Shown here: positions 39,801 through 51,800 of the stretch, piece by piece
Layout: every line of letters starts with the position of its first letter
How positions within the stretch are numbered: position 1 is the first letter of the stretch
Assembly: GCF_039654945.1 (NCBI RefSeq)
Contig: NW_027361765.1
Span: 17,298,001-17,362,000 of the forward strand
Length of the DNA: 64,000 bases
Direction: 5' to 3'
Source of the DNA: Dendrobates tinctorius
Taxonomy: Eukaryota
Translations under genes and position numbers: made by a program
Notes under the pieces: model-generated
Databases searched by the model: none
Seen by the model: only the letters and a program-made list of their open reading frames with translations
Told to the model about the DNA's origin: nothing

Positions 39801-42800
39801 TCTTAGTACTCATGGGTGTATGCCATCCGGACCTGGAGATTTATCTATTTTAATCTTATTTAGCCGATTTTGCACCTCTTCTTGGGTTAGATTGGTGACC
39901 CTTAGGCTAAGTGCACACGTACTGGAACTCTCGCGGAAATTACCGCGAGAATTCCGGAATTCCAGTCCGCGGGAAAATCGCATTTTAAATTCCCGCGATT
40001 TTCCCGCGGAAAAACTAGCATTTTGCAAGCGTATTTAGCTTGCAAAATGCTAGCGTTCTCCAAGCGATCTGTAGCATCGCTTGGAGAACTGATTGACAGA
40101 TTGGTCACACTCGTCAAACATAGTGTTTGACGAGTGTGACCAACTTTTTACTACTGAGGCCGCCTATGCAGCATCAGTAGTAAAAGATAGAATGTAAAAA
40201 AAAAAATAAAAAACGGTGTTATTCTCACCCTCCGACGTCCCGTGCAGCCGTTCCCAGTAATCCTTTGCGAAAATGCCCGCGATGACGTCAGTTCTCGCGG
40301 GATCGCGGTTATTCGCGATGACATCGCGCGAATGACCGCGAGACTTCGCGATCCCGCGAGAACGGACGCCATCGCGGGCATTTTCGCAAAGGACTACTGG
40401 GAACGAAAGCGTGGAGAGAAGCAGGAAGACTGCGCGGGACGTCGGAGGGTGAGAATAACAATATTTTTTATTTTAAATTCTATTTTTTACAGGGATATGG
40501 TACCCAAAGCCCGGAGGACAGTCTCCTCTCCTCCGGACCGTGGGTACCATCCGCAAATGTTCTGCTTACTTTCCGCATGGTGGGCACAGCCACATGCGGA
40601 AAGTAAGAGGAACAATGCATTCCTATGGGTGCGGGATCGCCGCGATTCCGCAAATTAATGAGCATGCTGCGTTTTTTACCGCGAAGCGATTCCGCCGCGG
40701 TAAAAACCGCAGCATTAGTACAGCATTGCGGAATCCCATAGGAATGCATGGGATGCTTATTTTTCGCGTTTTCGCGGCAAAATCGCGCGGTTAAAACCGC
40801 CACGGAAACGCAAAAAAAACGCCACGTGTGAACTCAGCCTTAATATGGGGTTTTCTTTGTCTCTCGGCATTTCACCTAGCATTTCATTTTCCACTGTGAA
40901 TACCGTGAAGAAGAAGGTGTTTAATATATTAGCTTTTTCCTCATCATCTACAACCATACTTTCCTCACAATTTTTTAATGGGCCTACACTTTCACTTTTG
41001 ATTCTTTTACTATTGATATAGTTGAAGAACAGCTTGGGATTAGTTTTACTCTCCTTAGCAATGTGCTTCTCTGTTTCCTTTTTGGCAGCTTTAATTATTT
41101 TTTTAGATAAAGAATTTTTCTCCTTATAGTTTTTTAGAGCTTCAACGGTGCCATCCTGCTTTAGTAGTTTAAATGCTTTCTTTTTACTGTTAATTGCCCC
41201 TCTTCTTTGTTTAGCCACATTGGGTTTTTCCTATTTCTTGTCCTTTTATTCCCACAAGGTATAAACCGCTTACAGTGCCTATTGAGGATGTTCTTAAACA
41301 TTTCCCATTTATTTTCTGTATTCTTATTTCTGAGGACATTGTCCCAGTCAACCAGATTAAGGGCATCTCTAAGCTGGTCAAACTTTGCCTTCCTAAAGTT
41401 CAATGTTTTTGTGAGTCCCTGACATGTCCCCCTAGCGAAAGACAAGTGAAACTGTACAATATTGTGGTCGCTATTTCCTAGATGCCCAACAACCTGCAGA
41501 TTTGTTATTCTGTCAGGTCTGTTAGATAGTATTAGGTCTAAAAGTGCTGCTCCTCTGGTTGGATTCTGCACCAATTGTGAAAGATAATTATTCACTACAG
41601 ATTATTATAATCTGTGCTGCACTTTATGTACATGCTCAGTAGTGACCAGTGGTGTGGAGTCATAGCTGAGATGAATCTGTGCTGCCCTTTATGTACATGC
41701 TCAGTAGTGACCAGTGCTGTGGAGTCATAGCTGAGATGAATCTGTGCTGCACTTTATGTACATGCTCAGTAGCGACTAGTGTTGTGGAGTCATAGCTGAG
41801 ATTAATCTGTGCTGCACTTTATGTACATGCTCAGTAGTGACCAGTGCTGTGGGGTCATAGCTGAGATGAATCTGTGCTGCCCTTTATGTACATGCTCAGT
41901 GCTGTGGGGGCATAGTGGAGATGAATCTGTGCTGCACTTTATGTACATACTCAGTAGTGACCAGTGCTGTGGGGTCATAGTGGAGATGAATCTGTGCTGC
42001 ACTTTATGTACATGCTCAGTAGTGACCAGTGCTGTGGGGTAATAGTGGATATGAATCTGTGCTGCACTTTAGCACATACTCAGTAGTAACCAGTGCTGTG
42101 GGGTAATAGTGGAGATGAATCTGTGCTGCACTTTATGTACATGCTCAGTAGTGATGCTGTGGAGTCATAGCTGAGATGAATCTGTGCTGCACTTTATGGA
42201 CATGCTCAGTAGTGACCAGTGCTGTGGGGTAATAGTGGAGATGAATCTGTGCTGCACTTTATGTACATGCTCAGTAGTGATGCTGTGGAGTCATAGCTGA
42301 GATGAATCTATGCTGCACTTTATGTACATGCTCAGTAGTGACCAGTGCTGTGGAGTCATAGCTGAGATGAATCTGTGCTGCACTTTATGTCCATGCTCAG
42401 TAGTGACCAGTGCTGTGGAGTCATAGCTGAGATGAATCTGTGCTGCACTTTATGTACATGCTCAGTAGTGACCAGTGCTGTGGGGTCATAGCGGAGATGA
42501 ATCTGTGCTGCACTTTATGTCCATGCTCAGTAGAGACCAGTGTTTTGGGGTCAGGGAAATGAAGAAGTTGGAGGTTTGGCTTACCGATTCCACAGCCCTG
42601 TCTAATGCGCCAAGTTTTTCTTAATTTAGTTAAATTAAATTAGTACTAACAGAAACTGGGGGGGGGTGTTCACTTTCCAGCACATTCTAGTTAACGAATT
42701 TAGGTGCAGATTTAAAAAAGAGAAAAAAAATTATCCGATGCTTTGGGTAATTTCGTTTGCAATATTTTTAAAACGGATCTTTTTAAATCTGCACCTAAAT

Positions 42801-45800
42801 TCATTAACTAGATGTGCCTGAAAGTGAACCCCCCCAACCTACCCTCAGTTTTTGTTAGAACTAATTTTTATGATTTCAATGTTGATTGTCGTATATAACT
42901 TTGATTTTTTTTTTTCCTCATTTAGTACAACAAATTTAAGTGCCGGATCTTAAATGAAAAAGTCGATACGCCAACCACTACTGTATACAGGTAGGTGAAA
43001 TCACATGGTTACTGGGTCCACAGACCTTGCAGCTGCCAGGAGCTCTGTATAGACACTGGTTGTATTCCAACTATTCACAGTATAGCAAGTTAATAGTACT
43101 GTAGGGGAATCCATGTGTAGCGCAAAAGATGGCCAGATCAAAAAAGGCTGTAATAACCAATGCCCCTGTGTGGATGTGATTATTAGCAGATATGACATGT
43201 GTGTTTGAAATGTATGAAAGCTATAGAGATTATTCATTTTGTAACCTCCCATGCCGGAAGATGTTTTCCTTTCCGATAAGCTTTTTGATTCATGGTTTCA
43301 TTGAATTAAGATCAGAGATTCTTCTGCTAAATTGAGTTATTGCATCCCCTATGAATTTAGGGTTTTATTTCACGTAAATACAAAAAAATTACTGCTTTCT
43401 TCTAACTTTTAAAGTGAACATGTCAGTTGATCCATGCAGTCTGCATTCACATCAGAGAGACGCTTCTGTGTTTTAAACACCTGTTTAAGGGCTCGCGCAG
43501 ACTGGTTTCAGTCAAAACATTGGCTTGCTTCCGGACCAATGTTATTGAATGAGGCGGTGCACATGTCTGAATTTTTCCTGAGAAAAATCTCAGCATGCAC
43601 TATTTGCGTCTGATAATCGGACGGCACCTCACCTATTTATGATGGCGTCTGTGCAACACACCGGATTACTGTTACTGTAAGACGTTAAGCAAGTTGAAGG
43701 TTAAATAATCTCTGAAAGGCCTAAAGGTAAAAATGACACATTTTTCTTTGTATAATAGGCAAAAAATATATACCATATACTCGAATATAAGCAGAGTTTT
43801 TCAGCACATTTTTTTGTGCTGAAAACTCCATCCCCCCCCCCCCCCCCCCCCTCGGCTTATACTCGGGTGAGGGTCCCACAAGATGGAGGCGGAGCAGCGG
43901 GTCACAGGAGGCAGGAGCTGACTTATGCGGCTAAAGCCTGTGCCTGCTGCTAAAAGAGAAATGAAGATTCACTGCTCGCAGTGAATCTTCATTTCCCTGT
44001 AATAGCGGGCACAGTGGTCGCAGCCGCCGGCTCCTGCAGCTGCCAGGTGATCACGTGTGCCCGCTACTTAAGAGAAAGGAAGTGAATATTCATTCCCTTT
44101 ACTAGTGGCACTTGTGAAAGCCCAGCCACTGCAGGAAGCCTGCGGCTGACACTGTGCGCACTACTAAATAGCAATGAATTCTTGCTGCTTTTCACGCACA
44201 TAGTCCCGGCGTAGGTAGCACTGAGTTTTCCGGCAGCAGTCCTCTTCATGTAAGCAGCACATGTCGTCACTGCCGTGCACTGCTTACAAGCATATATCGG
44301 CTTGTTGCACTGGAACAAGACGCAGTGATTGAGCTTAGGGACGGTAAGTTGGATGGTTTATTTCTCCTTCGCCTCATTGGGGGACACAGGTACTGTGGGA
44401 CACATGTACTGTGGGTGTATGCTACTGCTGCCTGGAGGCTGACACTAAGTGAAAAAAGAGGTTAGCTCCTCCTCCGCCCTATACACCCTCGCCCCGATTG
44501 CGGGCGGAAACCAGTTCATGCTTGGTGTCCGTTGGAGGCACACACGTCTGTTTTTTCTCCAGATTTAATTTTTTTTTCTTTTTCCTTTTTTCTATGGAGA
44601 TGAGACAGGGGCGACGGACCCTAGTGAAAGGGTCTGATCTCCCCAAACCAACAGCGGGCGAGTGTTGCCTCCACGTATCCTCTCCCGCAACGTGGGACAA
44701 GTCTGGTCTTTTTTCCCAGACTTTTTTAATTTTTACCTTCCATGAAGATAAGACAGGGGCAACGGACCCTATCGAAAGGGTGAACACCAGGGTGAACACC
44801 AAGGTACCCATGTTTGTCGCTCGGTCCCGGGACCCACAGCCAGTCACTGTGGATGCGTTGGTTCTGCCATAGAACCAGTTTCGCCTCCCATACTTATTCC
44901 CCTCGCTGCCACTACTTCCGAGGGTCATCAAGAAGATCAAAACAGAAAGGGTTCCAGCGATTCTGCTGGCCCCAGACTGGCCCCATCGAGCATGGTACGC
45001 AGATCTAGTGCAGCTGCTCGCCGACGTTCCTTGGCGACTGCCAGAGCGCCCAGATCTACTGTCCCAAGACCCGATCTTCCACCCGAGCTCAGGGGCCCTG
45101 TGTTTAACGGCATTGCCGTTGAATCTTGAATTCTGACCCAGGCGGGGTCTGGACGCGAGGTGGTTGCTACAATGGTTATTGTCTTGCCTTCATTTTGTCC
45201 AGCGCCGGTACACCACGTGGAAAAAGCTCTTCACACGTTGGACCTGGTAAGAGCCCTCAGGAGGTATGTGTCACGGACGGCACCCTTTCGGCAGACAGAC
45301 GCTGTTCCTGCTCCCTGAGGGGCGCAGGAAAGGACTCGCGGCCTCAAAATCGACCATAGCCAGGTGCATTCATCTGACCATTCAGGAGTCCTACCGCATC
45401 AGGGGTGCGCCGGTTCCAGCAGGGATCAGAGCGCACTCTACTCGGGCAGTGGGCGCCTCTTGAGTGCTTCGGCACCAGGCTTTGATGGAACAGGGTTGCA
45501 AGGCAGCAACCTGGTCCAGCCTGCACACGTTTGCCAAACATTACAATATCCATACTCAGGCTTCAGCGGATGCGAGCCTAGGTAAAAGGATTCTCCAAGC
45601 AGCGGTGGCGCACCTTTAGACAGGAGGTGCATGTAGCTTGGATCAGTGAGTCAACTTCCCACCCAGGGACTGCTTTAGGACGTCCCACAGTACCTTTGTC
45701 CCCCAATGAGGCGAAGGAGAAACATGGATTTTTGTGATAAGCTCACCGTAAAATCCTTTTCTCCGAGACGCTCATTGGGGGACACATCACCCACCCTGAT

Positions 45801-48800
45801 AGCCAATTGGCTCTTGTTTGTTCAATTAATGTGCATTTTCGTTGATATTAGGGTGGTTCTTTTCTAGACATATTGTTACCTGCATTAAGGCTGTTTTTTG
45901 TTGTTCTCCTACTGCTTTTGCACTAAACTGGTTTCCGCCCGCAATCGGGGTGAGGGTGTATACGGCGGAGGAGGCGCTAACCTCTTTTTTTTCACTTAGT
46001 GTCATCCTCCAGGCGGCAGTAGCATACACCTATAGTACCTGTGTCCCACAGTACCTGTGTCCCCCAATGAGCGTCTCGGAGAAAAGGATTTTATGGCGAG
46101 TTTATCACAAAAATCCATGTTTTATTTTATTTATTTTTTTCTGGTGGGGGCCATACAGACCAGGATGTGGATGAGGATGCCATGCAGACCAGGATGGGGA
46201 TGTGGAGGCCATGCAGACCAGGATGGGGATGTGGAGGCCATGCAGACCAGGATGGGGATGTGGAGGCCATGCAGACCAGGATGGGGATGAGGAGGCCATG
46301 CAGACCAGGATGGGGATGAGGAGGCCATGCAGACCAGGATGGGGATGAGGAGGCCATGCAGACCAGGATGGTGATGAGGAGGCCATGCAGAGACCCAGGC
46401 TTATGCTCAAGTCAATAAGTTTTCCCTGTAGTACCCCCTTTTTGCAAGTATCACGGCTTCTAAACTTTTTTTATGCAGCCAGACAAGTCTTTCAACTCTT
46501 CTTTGAGGGATTTTCAATCATTCTTCCTTGGAAAATTCTTCCAGTTCTGTGAGATTCCGGAGTCGTCTAACATGACTGCTATTTTGAGGTCTAGCCACAG
46601 ATTTTCAATGATGTCCAGATCAGGAAACTGTGAGGTCCACTGTAAAACCTTAAGCTTATGCCTTTTTTAGGTAGTCTATTGTGGATTTTGACGTGTTTAG
46701 GATCATTATCCATTTGTAGAAGCCATCCTCTTTTCAACTTCATGTTTTTTACAGATGAATTTTATTTGGCTTCCAGAACTTATGTTGAGCTCCACTGTTC
46801 CTGTTAACTGCCATTTCTTAATTACATTTCAAACTGCTGAAAGGGCAACTTGAAAATGCTTTGCTATCTTCTGATAACCTCCATCTGCTTTGGCGGCCTC
46901 GACTATTTTCAAGACCTAACTCTAAACAAGCTAATTAGGGTCTAAAACCTTGGCCAAAGTTATATGAGCACACAGATCTCCAAGGGAGCTCAGACTTTTG
47001 AATCACCCATTTTCCTTATTGTAAGTTTTAAAATGTAAAAAATGACAAATATGTAATTTATTTCTTTATTTATTTTTTGCCTAAAATACAATGGAAACGT
47101 GTCATCTCTAACTTTAGGCCTTTAAGACGTCATTTCATTTTCAACTTAACTGTTCACAATAACCGTAACCTTGACCAGGGGTGCCCAGACTTTTACATCA
47201 CNNNNNNNNNNNNNNNNNNNNNNNNNNNNNNNNNNNNNNNNNNNNNNNNNNNNNNNNNNNNNNNNNNNNNNNNNNNNNNNNNNNNNNNNNNNNNNNNNNN
47301 NNNNNNNNNNNNNNNNNNNNNNNNNNNNNNGGAAAAAAAGTATTTAGTCAGTCAGCAATAGTGCAAGTTTCACCACTTAAAAAGATGAGAGGCGTCTGTA
47401 ATTTACATCATAGGTAGACCTCAACTATGGGAGACAAACTGAGAAAAAAAAATCCAGAAAATCACATTGTCTGTTTGTTTTTCATTTTATTTGCATATTA
47501 TGGTGGAAAATAAGTATTTGGTCAGAAACAAAATTTCATCTCAATACTTTGTGATATATCCTTTGTTGGCAATGACAGAGGTCAAACGTTTTCTGTAAGT
47601 CTTCACAAGGTTGCCACACACTGTTGTTGGTATGTTGGCCCATTCCTCCATGCAGATCTCCTCTAGAGCAGTGATGTTTTTGGCTTTTCGCTTGGCAACA
47701 CGGACTTTCAACTCCCTCCAAAGGTTTTTTATAGGGTTGAGATCTGGAGACTGGCTAGGCCACTCCAGGACCTTGAAATGCTTCTTACGAAGCCACTCCT
47801 TTGTTGCCCTGGCGGTGTGCTTTGGATCATTGTCATGTTGAAAGACCCAGCCACGTTTCAGCTTCAATGCCCTTGCTGATGGAAGGAGGTTTGCACTCAA
47901 AATCTCACGATACATGGCCCCATTCATTCTTTCATGTACCCGGATCAGTCGTCCTGGCCCCTTTGCAGAGAAACAGCCCCAAAGCATGATGTTTCCACCA
48001 CCATGCTTTACAGTAGGTATGGTGTTTGATGGATGCAACTCAGTATTCTTTTTCCTCCAAACACGACAAGTTGTGTTTCTACCAAACAGTTCCAGTTTGG
48101 TTTCATCAGACCATAGGACATTCTCCCAAAACTCCTCTGGATCATCCAAATGCTCTCTAGCAAACTTCAGACGGGCCCGGACATGTACAGGCTTAAGCAG
48201 TGGGACACGTCTGGCACTGCAGGATCTGAGTCCATGGTGGCGTAGTGTGTTACTTATGGTAGGCCTTGTTACATTGGTCCCAGCTCTCTGCAGTTCATTC
48301 ACTAGGTCCCCCGCGTGGTTCTGGGATTTTTGCTCACCGTTCTTGTGATCATTCTGACCCCACGGGGTGGGATTTTGCGTGGAGCACCAGATCGAGGGAG
48401 ATTATCAGTGGTCTTGTATGTCTTCCATTTTCTAATTATTGCTCCCACAGTTGATTTCTTCACTCCAAGCTGGTTGGCTATTGCAGATTCAGTCTTCCCA
48501 GCCTGGTGCAGGGCTACAATTTTGTTTCTGGTGTCCTTTGACAGCTCTTTGGTCTTCACCATAGTGGAGTTTGGAGTCAGACTGTTTGAGGGTGTGCACA
48601 GGTGTCTTTTTATACTGATAACAAGTTTAAACAGGTGCCATTACTACAGGTAATGAGTGGAGGAAAGAGGAGACACTTATAGAAGAAGTTACAGGTCTGT
48701 GAGAGCCAGAAATCTTGATTGCTTGTTTCTGACCAAATACTTATTTTCCACCATAATATGCAAATAAAATGAAAAAAAAAACAGACAATGTGATTTTCTG

Positions 48801-51800
48801 GATTTTTTTTTCTCAGTTTGTCTCCCATAGTTGAGGTCTACCTATGATGTAAATTACAGACGCCTCTCATCTTTTTAAGTGGTGGAACTTGCACTATTGC
48901 TGACTGACTAAATACTTTTTTTCCCCACTGTATATATATATATATAGATATATATAGATATATATATTGATATATGATCTATATATTATTCTCCACATCC
49001 TAGAAAACAAATTTCACTCTGATCAGAGTGTAAAGTGTATTGTAAGCTCTTACTAGCAGGGTCGTCATTATTTTTGCTTTAATTATTGTATTATCTTTAA
49101 CATAGTTACTTATGACTTGTATATGAACTGTCGAATTGTAAAGTGCTGCCGAATGTGTTGTCGCTATATATATGATCATTATTATTATTACCCTAGTCGG
49201 ACCGGTTTTCTCAAATGGAGAACATATGGTCATCTGTATCTTCCCTATAGGAAACCTGTCAGCTGATACATGCTTGCCCAATTCATGAGCATAAATTCTG
49301 GTGTCCCAGCCGCACTGGAGACTAGTCAGACAGCAGGTCTCTGGTGGCTTCTTCCCACCCACTGCACTGGATTGACAGGTCTCTGCCTACATGTGCATAT
49401 AGAAAGAGACCTGTCAATCCAGGGCAGCAGGCGAGGAGAAAATGCCGGGGACCCGCCTGTCCGACTAGTCTCCAGTGCAGCTCAGTCCCCAGCAGCTATA
49501 AAATTATATTTGTGTCTGACACGCTGCATCGTGTCAAGATACCTGGCTTAGGCTACTTTCACACTAGCGTTTTTTTGTGCTGCGTGCGCAGTCCAAACGC
49601 ATGCAGAAAACGCATCAAGCGTTTTGCATGCGTTTGCTTATTTTATGCGCATGCGTTTTAACCAGTTTGTTGCCATGTGTAGTCTTAAAACGCATGTGTC
49701 TTTAAACGCTGACATGCGCATGTCCATGCGCATGCCTGCGTTCCCATAGACTATAATGTGATTTTTATCGGTCGTCCATGACAGCACCACCTGAGAGAGG
49801 GGATCCGCCCTTCAGGAACAGGAAACCTACAGATACAAAAGGGCGGCACCTCTTCCACGCATCAGTTGGTTTCCTGTTCCTAGAGGACGGGACTTCCTTC
49901 AGATCGTCCATCATGGAGTCGCCGAGGGATTCCCAGGCCGGCTGACCGACCCAGGTAGCGAGGGGGTCTCCTACCTCAGTCAAGCTCGGGTCCCTGGAAG
50001 CGCCACGGTGGGGCCGGGTAGGTCACCACGATGGTGGTGAGAGCAGGTGGAGCCAGGGTTCCGGTGGACAGCCGCCTCCATATTGCCACACCAGGAGGTA
50101 TGTATGTCCCGGGCCCCTCCTGGTGCGCTCTCCCCGTGGTCCGCTCTCTCTCTCTTCCGGCCGGGCCGGCGGTGGCGCCCGGTCGGCGGGCGCAGGTCGG
50201 CGCGGGTGGGGGCTGTGGCCTTGCCTGAGCCGGAGGCGCCGTGTCGGCTCCTTCTGCGCGTCCCTGCAGGCCTCAGACGGGTGGTGGAAGTGACGCGGCG
50301 GAGGGGACGGGGACGCCGAAACCGGAAGTCGGGTGCCGGCCGGCTTCCGGCGCGCGCCGCGTGTGCACTGCGGTACTGGGCGGTGGCCGGGGGGGGGGAT
50401 GACCGGAGCTTGCGGGGGGAGGGTCGTGGGGGGGTCCCGGGTGGGAGGTGCGCGCCAGAACCCTGCTGACCCGGACAAGGAGGCCTTAAAAGGCAGGAGG
50501 TGACGCTGCTGGGGTGTTTCTGAAGGCCCAGCGATGGATACGACAGAAGCCCCCATAGAGCAGCTGGACGAGGTGCAGGAGCACCCACAGAAACAGGCCA
50601 CAGTGAAACCACATGCGAGTGGCCAGCAGAAGAAGAAACGGACAGGCGGACAAAGCCACAGAAGTTCCTCCAGGCTAAAGGACCCTCCTGCCTCCCTCCG
50701 TGATCCGGTACCTGCCTCATCTGCATGGGTAAGAGATCTCCGTGAATGTACCCTGATGCAGTGTTCCCTTATGTTTTTTTGCAGGGGAAGAAAGCTACGG
50801 GAAAACAGAAGCACAGGGAATGTGCCCTCTGTAGTTCCCCCCTACCAGATGACCACCCTAAAAAATTATGCCAGCCATGCATACGACAGACGGTAGGGGT
50901 TAATAAAGACAGGGAGTCCAGGGGTAGATTGTCAGGCCCTTATACTCTCCCCCGTTTATGCAGGTAGCGGAAGAGACACCTGACTTTACTTCAAGCCTGA
51001 GAGAGATGATCAGGGCAGAAATGAAAGTCTTACCTCAAGGTGAACCTTCTAGGAGAAGAGAGGCTAGTGGTTTAGGCTCGGAGGCCTCAGTCACTCCTAG
51101 GAAAGGTGACAACTCCTCGGACTCCTCGGCCTCCTCGTACCCTGATGCAGTGTTCCCTTATGTTTTTTTCGCAGGGGAGGAAAGCTACGGGAAAACAGAA
51201 GCACAGGGAATGTGCTCTCTGTAGTTGCCCCTTGCCGGACGGCCACCCTAAAAAATTGTGTCAGCCATGCGTGAGACAAACGGTAGGGGTGGAAGGGGAC
51301 GTTGGCCCTGGGGTAGATTGACAGGCCCTTACACTCTCCCCGTCCATACAGGTAGCGGAAGAAACGCCGGACTTCACCACAAGCCTGAGGGACATAATCA
51401 GGACAGAGATAAAGGCCCTATCTAAAAAGGATTCCTCTAGGGGAAGAGAATGTAGTTTCTCAGGTTGAGTCCTCGACCGCCCTAAGGATCGATGACTCTT
51501 CAGATTCCTCGGCCTCCACTTCGTCTTCTTCGGAGGAAGACTCGAGTCGATTCTGCTTCCCCTTAGACCAGATGGATAAGCTAGTTAAAGCAATAAGGTC
51601 CACCATGGGGGTAGCAGACACAAAACCGGAACTTTCAGCTCAGGACGTGATGTTCGGGGGTCTAGATCCCAGGAAGCGGAAGGCCTTTCCATTAAATGAT
51701 AAGGTCCAGAGCCTAATAGATAGGGAATGGAAGAGACCTGAAAAAAGAGGCTCCTTACCTCCGGCCTTCAAGCGGAGGTACCCGTTTGACGACCCAGTGG

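Larger units (their letters stand above)
37620..42600. mobile_element. hAT non-autonomous element (same family as 28477) hosting a CR1, MITEs and a minisatellite
   Basis: CAGGGCTGTGGAGTCGG / CCGATTCCACAGCCCTG; perfect 8-bp TSD tctaatgc. Confidence 0.9.
43773..46427. mobile_element. pogo-like non-autonomous element (family of 32431) interrupted by a DIRS and truncated at right
   Basis: TA|CCATATACTCGAATATAAG start; AGTCAATAAGTTTTCCC near 46410 as in the 33625 copy. Confidence 0.65.

Noticed and set aside
41609-42552. CRISPR-like array (also 46147-46392 and 33040-33490)
   Set aside because: Units are contiguous with no unique spacers; eukaryotic intron; no cas genes.
49980-50814. 248-aa and 263-aa minus-strand ORFs
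   Set aside because: Antisense to a GC-rich DIRS leader where stops are rare; no recognisable domain.
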